Below, piece after piece: positions 26,319 through 35,095 of a DNA stretch of 43,321 bases. Numbering within the stretch: position 1 is the stretch's first letter; every line of letters starts with the position of its first letter. Both the position numbers and the translations under genes were made by a program. The notes beneath the pieces are model-generated. The model worked only from the letters and a program-made list of their open reading frames with translations. It was not told where the DNA came from and did not search any database. The DNA is taken from the IMG/VR virus record IMGVR_UViG_3300048855_000180, positions 1 through 43,321 of that record, one strand, 5' to 3'. This DNA is from a virus (lineage: Duplodnaviria; Caudoviricetes).

Positions 26319-26648
26319 ATGACCCTCCGCGCCGTCTTTGCCCGCGCCGCCCAGGCGATGACGCAGGTCGGCGGGGAGATCGTCACCTATGAGTTCAAAC
26401 AGGGCGGGCCACCGATATCGGCCCGCGCTGTTTTCTCTCAGCCTGAGGACGCTGACGTGGGTTTCGGCCGCTCCGGAAAAGCTTCGGTCCGGGTGGAAGC
26501 CATGATCACAGCCGCGGACCTTGCGCCTGGCCGCCCGCAGAAAGGCGACCTGATCGCGATTGGTGTGGAGAAGGGCTGGAGGGTCGAGACCGTTCGCCAG
26601 GACCCTACCGAGGCCTTCTTCATGCTCGGCCTAGCGCGGCAGGACTAA
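26319..26648 (+). CDS. Head-tail joining (FII-like) protein
   Basis: Position, size and P.KGD motif. Confidence 0.7.
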   Translation: MTLRAVFARAAQAMTQVGGEIVTYEFKQGGPPISARAVFSQPEDADVGFGRSGKASVRVEAMITAADLAPGRPQKGDLIAIGVEKGWRVETVRQDPTEAFFMLGLARQD

Positions 26649-26657
26649 GGATCCCCC

Positions 26658-27158
26658 ATGGCCAGGTTTTCCCTGCGTGAGGCTGTCTTCTCGGTCATGC
26701 ACGATCGACTGGAGGCGGCATTTCCCGACTTCAGCGGGTTTCGTGCCATCGAGCGCAACCCGATGAACGAGATCCCCTCGGACTACGAGTTTCCCTGTCT
26801 CCGCACCGTAGATGGCGACCATGCCGTGGTGGGCTCAGACCTTCTGGGCGAGATCACTTACCAGATGGACTGGTTCGTCACTGGCGCAGTCCAGGCGAGC
26901 GCGGCAAGCGAAGCCGGGGATCTGGACGCTGAGATGAACGATCTGCAGGCCAGGATCATTGAGGCGGTCACCACAGACGGCAGCCTGATCTCGGTCCCCC
27001 TGACGGATGGATGGCTCGAAATCAGGTCCGACGAAGGGCAGTTCTCCCTGAACCGACAGGGAGTCCAGGATAGCGAGTTCCCCTCTATCACTTTCACGCA
27101 GGGCATTGCCCTGACCGTGGAGGTTCACCGCGGCACGGCGTTCGTCGAGCCCGCCTAG
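26658..27158 (+). CDS. Tail terminator-like protein
   Basis: Acidic 166-aa ORF before the tail tube gene; N-terminal REAVF motif. Confidence 0.6.
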   Translation: MARFSLREAVFSVMHDRLEAAFPDFSGFRAIERNPMNEIPSDYEFPCLRTVDGDHAVVGSDLLGEITYQMDWFVTGAVQASAASEAGDLDAEMNDLQARIIEAVTTDGSLISVPLTDGWLEIRSDEGQFSLNRQGVQDSEFPSITFTQGIALTVEVHRGTAFVEPA

Positions 27159-27178
27159 CCCCCTCCGGAGAGATCACC

Positions 27179-27349
27179 ATGGACACCATTGATGTGGTTG
27201 CTCTGCAGCCTCTGATGGTCCCGGCTGGCCAGATTGCGGCCGGCGAGACCTTCGCCACCACCGAGCAGCATGCCGCACAGCTTGAAGGCCTCGGCCTGGT
27301 GAAGCGCCCCACCAAGAAAGCCGCCGAGAAGGCCGCCAAGGCCGACTGA
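27179..27349 (+). CDS. Small 56-aa structural/chaperone protein (MDTIDVVALQPL...)
   Basis: GGAG RBS; GETF...AAQLEGLGLV pattern. Confidence 0.65.
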   Translation: MDTIDVVALQPLMVPAGQIAAGETFATTEQHAAQLEGLGLVKRPTKKAAEKAAKAD

Positions 27350-27385
27350 TTCCGGCTCGCCGTCAACACAGAGGAGAATGTCGCG

Positions 27386-28336
27386 ATGGCGACCCAGCAA
27401 GGTTCCAATTTCAAGCTGTACGTGAAGGAACAGACCGACGCCGAGACCCTGGCGACCGGCAACTTCGTGCAGCTTCCGGTCAAGTCCTTCGATCTGTCCG
27501 CCGCCCAGCCGCTCAACCGCGATGACCTGTTGAGCGCGAACGTTGGTCGCGACGGCACCGACCCATATTTGGAAACTTTGTCGATGACCGGATCGGCTAT
27601 GGTTCCGATCGACACGGTATGCATCGGCTACTGGCTCAAGATGCTGCTCGGCGCCGCCACGGTCACGGGCACAACGGACAAGGTCCACGTTTGGAAGAGT
27701 GGGGCTGCCTCGCTGCCCGACTTTTCCATGGAGAAGGCCTTTCCCCAGGTCGCGCAGTTTTTCATGGCGCTGGGGATCAAGGCCAATACCCTGTCTTTCG
27801 ACTTGGCGCCGACTGGCCCGGCGAATGCCACGATTGGCCTGATGGGCCTAAACGAGACCCCGGCCAGTGTGTCCGGTGCCGGCACGGCGACACTGCCTGT
27901 GTTCCAGCGCTTCCAGCGCCCCACCGCGACCATTAAGAAGGATGGGGTTGCCTTGGCCAAGGTGGTCGGCGGCACGCTGAACTACTCCAACGGCATGGAA
28001 GCGGTGCAAACAATCCGCGCCGACAATAGGATGGACAGCATCGACCTTGGCACGGCGACGGCAGGCGCGGATATGCGCCTTCGCTACACCGACACCAGCC
28101 AGAGCTTGATCACGCAGGCCATCGCCGGCACCCCGATCGCGTTGGAGTATGGGTTCACCATCTCCGCGACGAAGGCCATCCTGTTCGAGTTCCCGCGGTT
28201 CTTCCTGAACCGCCCCGGGATCGCAGTCAGCGGCCCCGCCGGGATTGAGCTGCCCGTGCAGGGCCAGGCCGCGTTTGACCCGACCGTGGGAGCCATGATG
28301 CGGGTGACCTTGCGTAACCAGAACGCCGCGTACTGA
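27386..28336 (+). CDS. Major tail tube protein
   Basis: GAGGAG RBS; 316 aa; precedes chaperone and tape measure. Confidence 0.88.
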   Translation: MATQQGSNFKLYVKEQTDAETLATGNFVQLPVKSFDLSAAQPLNRDDLLSANVGRDGTDPYLETLSMTGSAMVPIDTVCIGYWLKMLLGAATVTGTTDKVHVWKSGAASLPDFSMEKAFPQVAQFFMALGIKANTLSFDLAPTGPANATIGLMGLNETPASVSGAGTATLPVFQRFQRPTATIKKDGVALAKVVGGTLNYSNGMEAVQTIRADNRMDSIDLGTATAGADMRLRYTDTSQSLITQAIAGTPIALEYGFTISATKAILFEFPRFFLNRPGIAVSGPAGIELPVQGQAAFDPTVGAMMRVTLRNQNAAY

Positions 28337-28380
28337 TCCCGAAACCTCTGACCAGGGACGCGCTCCGGCGCGATCATCGC

Positions 28381-28872
28381 TTGTTCAAGCTGTCCACCAC
28401 CTCCAAGATCGAGCCGATCTGGTACGACCTGCCGCACGGCATCCGCGTTCGGGCGATTCCGCTCAGCGCGGCGTCGGTGCGAGCCTCCCAGTACCTCGCC
28501 GCCAAGGCCCATGCCGCCAAGAAGGTGGAACTGGGTATCGAAGATGGCGTCGAGCCCACCGACGAACAGACGGCGGATCTGGAGGGCGCCTATCTGCGCG
28601 CCGGAACCCGGGCGATGGTGGCCAAGATCCAGGAATGGCAGGGTGTAGTCGGTGACGATGACCAGCCATTGCCGGTGACGCCGGAAGCCTTGGACGCCTT
28701 CACCGATCACCCGCTGCTGAGCCAGGCCTTTCGCAACGCCTATGAGGCGGAAACCGTGACCCTGGCCACGGAGGGAAACGGCTCCGGGAGCACTGGTCCT
28801 GGCGCTTCGCCGGAGGGGAGCAATACTGCCGCAATTGCCCCGGCAAATGCGCCAGATGCCCCGGGCTCCTGA
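28381..28872 (+). CDS. Tail assembly chaperone (gpG-like)
   Basis: IQEWQGVVGDDDQPLPVTPEAL motif; contains slippery G GGA AAC at 28773-28779. Confidence 0.85.
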   Translation: MFKLSTTSKIEPIWYDLPHGIRVRAIPLSAASVRASQYLAAKAHAAKKVELGIEDGVEPTDEQTADLEGAYLRAGTRAMVAKIQEWQGVVGDDDQPLPVTPEALDAFTDHPLLSQAFRNAYEAETVTLATEGNGSGSTGPGASPEGSNTAAIAPANAPDAPGS

Positions 28873-29108
28873 CCAGCCCTACGACTGAGGCGGGCGCCGC
28901 CTGCGACATGGCGGCGCGATCCTGCCTGGTGCAGGACATGGCTGGACCTCGGGTGGATATGGCCGGGGCGGTGGTGCTGGCGGAAGCCTTCGGGGTACCG
29001 CCGGGTGTGGCAGCGCCCCTGCTGGCCGCTTGCGCGGATGGCCTAGCCCTGGGGATGATCGAGAAGGCTAGGCTCAGGGAGCAAGATGAGGCGGCGCCAG
29101 CAGGCTAG
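28776..29108 (+). CDS. -1 frameshift extension of the chaperone (gpT part of gpGT)
   Basis: -1 frame is open from the slippery site to TAG 29108; Cys-rich CRNCPGKCARC. Confidence 0.78.
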   Translation, partial: KRLREHWSWRFAGGEQYCRNCPGKCARCPGLLTSPTTEAGAACDMAARSCLVQDMAGPRVDMAGAVVLAEAFGVPPGVAAPLLAACADGLALGMIEKARLREQDEAAPAG

Positions 29109-29722
29109 GGGGTCATGCCCGTCTGCCGGTATGCATCAAGACACGCTTGCTGGGCCTGGGCGCCATAGGCGATGCCCTCAAGATTAAGCAGCGACCTTGG
29201 GTTGTTATATGCGGCTTCCATCTGGGCGCCCCTAGCCTGGCAGGTGTAGGCAGCCTGCTGATCCCGCAGAGCCTGATTTCTGGCGTTGGTCTGGGCGATG
29301 GAAGTCCGACGTCGAGCTTCTACGGCCTCGGACAGGCGCGCTTCTTCTGCTGCGATACGGTCCTCCCGCGCCTGCGCAGGCTCGGAACGTCGCGTCTTGC
29401 CGGAAGACATGAGCGGGAAATCGGCATCGACGTTGGCGGCGGCGGCCCGCCGAACTGCCGCAGTATAGTCGGGCGAGTTGCTGAGAGCCCGCTGGAGAAG
29501 TTCGGCTTCCCTAGCCGCCTTGGCCGCCTCGCGGTCGCGCTGAGCCCGCTGCTCTGGTGTCAGGGCTGCCTCTGCGGCGGCGCGGGACTTACGCTCATCT
29601 TCCGCGTACTGCGCCATCTTGGCGGTAAACGCTTCATGTTCCCGTTGAAGCTGCGCCCGGGTCTCAGCGCTTGGACCACATCCGGCCGCCAACAGTAAAA
29701 CGGCAAGCGCCACTCTCCGCAT
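29105..29722 (-). CDS. Lipoprotein moron, antisense within the tail operon
   Basis: MRRVALAVLLLAAGC lipobox; GGAG RBS; coiled-coil body. Confidence 0.8.
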   Translation of the reverse strand: MRRVALAVLLLAAGCGPSAETRAQLQREHEAFTAKMAQYAEDERKSRAAAEAALTPEQRAQRDREAAKAAREAELLQRALSNSPDYTAAVRRAAAANVDADFPLMSSGKTRRSEPAQAREDRIAAEEARLSEAVEARRRTSIAQTNARNQALRDQQAAYTCQARGAQMEAAYNNPRSLLNLEGIAYGAQAQQACLDAYRQTGMTP

Positions 29723-29843
29723 CGCAATCTCCATACCAGCGCCACAACGGTATCAGGCCGGCGCTGGTCCTGGGAAGTGAGTAACCACCGTGGGTTGTAC
29801 GCGCGCCATTCAACGTACGGGGCGTGTCTGAAGGAGGCGCTGA

Positions 29844-32800
29844 ATGTCAGGCACTGCTGCCGGGAACCTGCGCATTCAGGTCGGGATCGATGGGGTTCCC
29901 GCGGCCGAGGCGGCGCTCACCAAGGTCGAGGGCGCGGTCGGGCGGGTCTCGAAGGGGACCACCAGCCTCGGCCAGGAGTCCAGCAAGGCCGGCGGCTTCA
30001 TGGAGCGTGCCCGCGGGCAGGCCACGAACTTCGGCCAGCAGCTGCAGGACGTGGCGGTCCAGGCCCAGTCCGGCACGAACGCGCTCACCATCCTGGGGCA
30101 GCAGGGCTCTCAGTTCCTCAGCGCCTTCGGCCCGGCGGGTGCGATCGCAGGCGCTGCTGTGGCGATCGGCGCCGCAGCGGCCGGCTTCCTGCTGACCGCA
30201 GGCAATGCCGAGAAGGCGAAGGTCTCCGCCAACGACGCCTTCGCCGCCATGCAGAAGGGCGCGAGCGACACCTCGACCTCCCTGCGCACGCTGAACGATC
30301 TGTTCCTCACCGCAGGACAGCGCGCCGCGAACCTGGCCAATGCCCAGCGTACCGCGCTGCGCGACCAGTTCCAGGGGCAGCTCGCTGCTCTCCCGGGGCA
30401 ACAGACTCCACTGTATGCCGATCTGGCGAAGCAGCAGAAGTATATCGCCGACTACAATGCCATCCTGCTGAGCGGGAAGCAGTACGGCGCCGGTGGTGAG
30501 AGCGACGAGGACCGGAACCGGCTCGCCACGGCCATCGTTCGCGTCAAGGAACTGCAGTCGCAGATCGCGGCGACGACCCGCGAGTCCGACCGCCTCAATC
30601 AGGCACTGCGGCAGGTCGATAATGCCGGCTTCCTGAAGGGGGATGAGTACGGCCCGGAAGACCCTTCGATCCGCCGCGCCGAGCTGGACAAGCGCTTCAA
30701 GATCGAAAACGACTACCGGTTGCAGATCGCCAAGATCGAAACTGCGATCAACGACAAGATCCTTGAGGGGAAGGCCGCCGAAGATGCGCGCGCCTCCGCG
30801 ACCAAGGACCGCGATGACGCTCTGAAGGCCCTGGATGGGACCGCCGGCAAAGCCGCGGCGGCGCGGGCGGCGGAAAGCAAGGCTGCGCGGGAAGCGATCC
30901 AGGCAGAGCGAGACGCTGCCGATGACCTAAGCCGCCGGTACGCTGTCCTGCGCATGGACAGCAAGGGCCTGCTGATCGGCAGCCGCAATGACGAGATCGC
31001 GGCGGCCGAGATCCGCAAGGTGGTTCTGCCCAAGAAGGCCGAGGCCGAAACCGCGGCCAAGGATGCCAAGAGGATCCAAGAAAAGGCACTGCAGGAGCAG
31101 CGCCAGGAAGCCCAGCGCACCATTGACTCGGTCGTGGACTACGGTTCGGACCGCTTTGCTGACCTGTTCAGCGAGACGAGCGGCGGCTGGGATCGGACCA
31201 TGGCGAGGATTCGCCAGACCGCGATCGGCACCTTCGCCAAGATGGTCGGCGACGCGCTGCTGCGCCCGATCATCCAGCCGTTCTACATGCAGAACGCTGG
31301 CACCATCGGCTCCCTTTCGGGTGCAAACGGGGCGGCTGCGGGCGGCGGGACGCCTCTGGCGGCGAACGGCACGGCTTACCTGCAGTCCGGCGGCGGGATT
31401 GCCAGCATCGGCAAGTCCTTCATGGGCACCGGCGCCTCGAACACCGGCATCGGGTTCGTGGACAATGCCCTGAACGCCACGGCCTATAGCTATGGCGGGC
31501 TGAGCGCGGAGGCGGCTTCCCAGGCCACTGCGCCCCTGGCTGCCAATACCTACCATCTCAGCTCCGGCGCGGCGGCTCAGTTCGCCAACGCGCCGGTCTC
31601 CGGCCCCGTCCTTACCGATGCAGGCGCGGCCACCGCCGGCGCGACCGACATCTCCTTCGGCGCAGCGGCGGGCGGCGTGCTGAGCATCGCCGGCGGCTTG
31701 TACGGCATCTACCAGGGCATCCAGACGGGCGGCGCAAAGGGGACTGCCCAAGGCGTCGCGGGTGCCGCCGGTGTGGCTGGTGGTGCGGCTGCTTTGGCCG
31801 GCGGTGCGGCGGCAGGTGGTGCGATTGCTGCCATCGGCGCAGTCGCGCCCTACATCGCGGCCATCGCCCTGGTCGCTTCGATGTTTCTCCCGGGCCAGAA
31901 GCCATCCGACCGCACCGGCGTCGCGCGCTACAACCTCGATACCGGCGTCAACGACGTCATTGGCCTCGAGGGCGTCCGGTACAGCCAGGGCAATCGCGAT
32001 CTGGCCCAGCAGCTGGGGCAGTCGGTTTCCGATCTCGCCGGCTCGCTGCGGACCGCGATGGGGGTCGATCGCAGCCCCTTCAACTTCGAAGTCGGGGCTG
32101 GCGACCGAGATGGCCTGACCGCCCAGTATGCCGGGCAGACGCGCCGCTACGAGTACGATGAGGCTGGGTCCAAGCAGTTGGTCAATGACCTGACGCTGGG
32201 CCTGATCGAATCTATGAAGGGGTTGGCGTCGGCCGAGGTGCAGTCGGTCATCAGCCACTCAGGCGGTGATGTCGAGAGGACCCTCAGCAATCTTGACTTC
32301 TACAACAACACCTACAAGGTCGCGTCGAATACCACCGTCGAAGAGCCTCTGAAGGCGGCCGGCAGTTTTATCACTGCGTTCAACCAGGTCGGCAAAACCA
32401 TCGAGGACATCACGGTCAAGGCTCGCGAGCTGGGGCTGTCCACCGAAGGGTTGAGCAAGAATCTGGCGAGCGCGCAGGCGGCCCTCTACCAGGCGCGCGC
32501 GGTCGAACTCTACGACAACAACCGCAACTTCGAGATCCGCCGGCTGCAGGCGGAGGGGCAGGAGCGGCAGGCAGCGCTGATCGCTCTGGACCTGCAGCAG
32601 GAACAGGAGCGCCGCCGGTATTCGGAATGGCTGCAGGATCGCGAGCTGGTTGGCACAGAGGGTGCCGAGCAGATGGCGAACCTGGAGCGCACCCTCGCCG
32701 CCGAGCGTCTGGCGGTGCAGCGCGACTATGCCGACCAGGCCAAGGCCCTCGATGCCGAGGTCCTGCTCTCGGCGCGTGCGGCGCATAACGAGACCGTCAC

Positions 32801-33836
32801 GGCCTGGGGCCGCCTGGCGGACCTGGATGTGCGGCAGCAGACCGCCAGCTCCCCTGAGGGGCGCGCCTCGCTCGACACCACGCTGGTAGCCTTTGACGCC
32901 CGCGCCGAGGCCGAGCGGGGCGCCACCTTTGAGTCCCTGGTCAGGGAAGGGCTCAACGGCACTGAGCTGATGGCGCAGACGATGCTCGCAACCGAGCGGG
33001 CGTTGGCTGCTGAGCGCCTGAAGATCCAGAAGGACTATGCCGAGCAGTCCAAGGCGATCGAGATCGATGCGCTGATCGCGTCGCGCGCGGACCACAACCA
33101 GACGGTCACCAACTGGCAGAGGTTGACCGACCTCGATGTGCGTCAGCAGACGGCAAGCTCTCCAGATGGCCGCGTGTCGCTCGATGCCACGCTCGCGGCC
33201 TTCGATGCCCGGGCCGAAGCCGAGCGGAGCGCGACCTTTGAGTCCTTGGTCAGGGAAGGCCTTAACGGCACCGAAATCATGGCTCGCACCATGGTCGAGA
33301 CCGAGAAGGCACTCGCGGCCGAGCGGCTGAAGGTCCAGAAAGACTATGCCGCGCAGTCGCTGGCATCCGATCGTCAGACGCAAGCCACGGCACGGGGCCT
33401 GCTGGAAGATCTGGCCTTCGGGTCCAACAGCGCCTTGTCCTCGCAGCAGCAGTATTTCGCTTCGCAGCAGACCTACAACGCAGCGCGGCGGGGGCTGAGC
33501 GGCGGCGCCACGGAGGATGCGGTCTCGGAATATGCCCGGGCCTCGCGTCTGGCATTGGGCGAGGCCGCCGACTTCTTCGGCCGCAATTCGACCCAGTACG
33601 CTGCTCTCGCCTCGGAGATCGCGGATGCGGTGCGCAGCGTCGCGCCCGCCGCCGACACCGCCGGGCTGGCCGACCTGCTGTCGGCCACGAACAGCGGAAA
33701 CGAGGCGCTGATCGACATCCAGATGCAGAATCTCGGCCTGCAGTCCCAGAACCTCGACGTCCTGAAATCGATGCGCGACCAGCTCGCCCGCCAGGGTGGG
33801 CAGATCGAGGCGCTGATGCGCCGCCTTGCGGCCTGA
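29844..33836 (+). CDS. Tail tape measure protein
   Basis: 1330 aa, Ala-rich; QQLQDVAVQAQSG...QQGSQ lambda-type motif; AGGAGG RBS. Confidence 0.93.
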   Translation: MSGTAAGNLRIQVGIDGVPAAEAALTKVEGAVGRVSKGTTSLGQESSKAGGFMERARGQATNFGQQLQDVAVQAQSGTNALTILGQQGSQFLSAFGPAGAIAGAAVAIGAAAAGFLLTAGNAEKAKVSANDAFAAMQKGASDTSTSLRTLNDLFLTAGQRAANLANAQRTALRDQFQGQLAALPGQQTPLYADLAKQQKYIADYNAILLSGKQYGAGGESDEDRNRLATAIVRVKELQSQIAATTRESDRLNQALRQVDNAGFLKGDEYGPEDPSIRRAELDKRFKIENDYRLQIAKIETAINDKILEGKAAEDARASATKDRDDALKALDGTAGKAAAARAAESKAAREAIQAERDAADDLSRRYAVLRMDSKGLLIGSRNDEIAAAEIRKVVLPKKAEAETAAKDAKRIQEKALQEQRQEAQRTIDSVVDYGSDRFADLFSETSGGWDRTMARIRQTAIGTFAKMVGDALLRPIIQPFYMQNAGTIGSLSGANGAAAGGGTPLAANGTAYLQSGGGIASIGKSFMGTGASNTGIGFVDNALNATAYSYGGLSAEAASQATAPLAANTYHLSSGAAAQFANAPVSGPVLTDAGAATAGATDISFGAAAGGVLSIAGGLYGIYQGIQTGGAKGTAQGVAGAAGVAGGAAALAGGAAAGGAIAAIGAVAPYIAAIALVASMFLPGQKPSDRTGVARYNLDTGVNDVIGLEGVRYSQGNRDLAQQLGQSVSDLAGSLRTAMGVDRSPFNFEVGAGDRDGLTAQYAGQTRRYEYDEAGSKQLVNDLTLGLIESMKGLASAEVQSVISHSGGDVERTLSNLDFYNNTYKVASNTTVEEPLKAAGSFITAFNQVGKTIEDITVKARELGLSTEGLSKNLASAQAALYQARAVELYDNNRNFEIRRLQAEGQERQAALIALDLQQEQERRRYSEWLQDRELVGTEGAEQMANLERTLAAERLAVQRDYADQAKALDAEVLLSARAAHNETVTAWGRLADLDVRQQTASSPEGRASLDTTLVAFDARAEAERGATFESLVREGLNGTELMAQTMLATERALAAERLKIQKDYAEQSKAIEIDALIASRADHNQTVTNWQRLTDLDVRQQTASSPDGRVSLDATLAAFDARAEAERSATFESLVREGLNGTEIMARTMVETEKALAAERLKVQKDYAAQSLASDRQTQATARGLLEDLAFGSNSALSSQQQYFASQQTYNAARRGLSGGATEDAVSEYARASRLALGEAADFFGRNSTQYAALASEIADAVRSVAPAADTAGLADLLSATNSGNEALIDIQMQNLGLQSQNLDVLKSMRDQLARQGGQIEALMRRLAA
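32685..33360 (+). repeat. 309-bp (103-aa) tandem duplication in the tape measure, about 2.2 copies
   Basis: Units start at 32685, 32994 and 33303 (E[RK]xLAAERL...DY); shared LDVRQQTASSP and ATFESLVREGLNGTE. Confidence 0.92.
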
Positions 33837-33848
33837 TCGGAGATCCTG

Positions 33849-34934
33849 ATGCCCGTCCTGCCCTATCGCGTCGCCCAGTCCACCGCCACGACGGGGACCG
33901 GCACGCTCACACTGCAGCCGGCTGCCGCCTCCATGCGGGGCTTCCGCGACGGCTTTGGCACCGCGGCCGTGCCGGTCTTCTACACCATCGCCTGGGCCAC
34001 GGGCTTCGAGGCGGGCCTCGGCACCTTCGATGGCGAGGCGCCCGGCACCTTGACGCGCAACACGGTCCTCGCGCGGCAGAGCGGCGCGAGCGGGCTGGCC
34101 AACCTGCCGGCGGGGACAAAGGACGTCTTCGCCGTGCTCGCATCCGGCCAGCGCGCGCAGCAGCAGGTGACGGGCAGTGCATCGCTGACGATCGCGGACC
34201 TGGGGAACCTGGTGATCTTCACCGGCTCGGGCCCGGCAGTGCTGGCCCTGCCGGCGGCCACCTCCGTCGCGCCGGGAACCGGCTACCTGATCCGCCACGC
34301 CGGCTCCGGCATCCTGACGCTGGACCCCGCATCCAGCGGTACGATCGACGGGGCAACGACGCAGATCCTCTTCGCGGGCGACGCCTGCGAGGCGATCAGC
34401 ACCGGCAGCGCCTGGGTGACCGCTGGCCTGCCAACCGGCTGGCGGCGCATCGAGCGTAAGGCGGTGTCCACGGTGTCGCAGGTGGTGTTTGAGCTGCCGC
34501 CGGGTCCGACGCAGTACCGGGTCGAGACGCCCTTCTTTGGCGTCAGCGCCGCCGGGGTGAGCCTGATCTTCCGGTCATCGGCGGATGGTGGGGCGAGCTA
34601 TTTTGATGCCGCTGGCGCCTATAGCTACGGTTGGCTGTTCAGCTCGGCGGCGGGCGCGCAGTCGGGTTTCGACAGCGCCGGCTTCGTGAACCTGACCAAC
34701 AACCTGGCCATCGGCAATCCGGGCAATCTGAGCATCGATATCTACCCGGGCGACGCTGCCCGCCCCCTGACGGTGCGGGCGGCCGGCGGCGTCTGCAGCC
34801 AGACGCCGCCCGAGTGGCGCGCGGTCCAGGCCTACGGCGCCCGGACGGCGAATGGTCGCTGCGACACGGTGAAGTTCCAGCCCTCGGCCGGTACCGTGAC
34901 GGGCGAATTTGCGCTGCTGGGCCTGGCCCCGTGA
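33849..34934 (+). CDS. Tail structural / fibre-like protein
   Basis: RVAQSTATTGTGTLTL N-terminus; beta-rich; follows the tape measure. Confidence 0.65.
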   Translation: MPVLPYRVAQSTATTGTGTLTLQPAAASMRGFRDGFGTAAVPVFYTIAWATGFEAGLGTFDGEAPGTLTRNTVLARQSGASGLANLPAGTKDVFAVLASGQRAQQQVTGSASLTIADLGNLVIFTGSGPAVLALPAATSVAPGTGYLIRHAGSGILTLDPASSGTIDGATTQILFAGDACEAISTGSAWVTAGLPTGWRRIERKAVSTVSQVVFELPPGPTQYRVETPFFGVSAAGVSLIFRSSADGGASYFDAAGAYSYGWLFSSAAGAQSGFDSAGFVNLTNNLAIGNPGNLSIDIYPGDAARPLTVRAAGGVCSQTPPEWRAVQAYGARTANGRCDTVKFQPSAGTVTGEFALLGLAP

Positions 34935-35095
34935 TCGACCTCTTTGCGGCGCCGGCGGCGCTGCCCCTGGCGGCGCTGCCGCCCGCCAACAGCCAGGTCA
35001 CCACCGAAGGCCGGCCGCAGATCGAGCGCGGCCCGTCGCGGCCGGTGGCCAGGGTCCTGCTCATCGAATTCGAGGCGAGGGGAGTGGCCGCATGA
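34931..35095 (+). CDS. 54-aa ORF sharing its N-terminus with the next gene
   Basis: GTGA and ATGA coupling; (M)IDLFAAPAALPLAALP. Confidence 0.55.
   Translation: MIDLFAAPAALPLAALPPANSQVTTEGRPQIERGPSRPVARVLLIEFEARGVAA

Noticed and set aside
30927-34298. 443-aa and 679-aa minus-strand ORFs
   Set aside because: Antisense shadows of the tape measure gene with no recognisable domains
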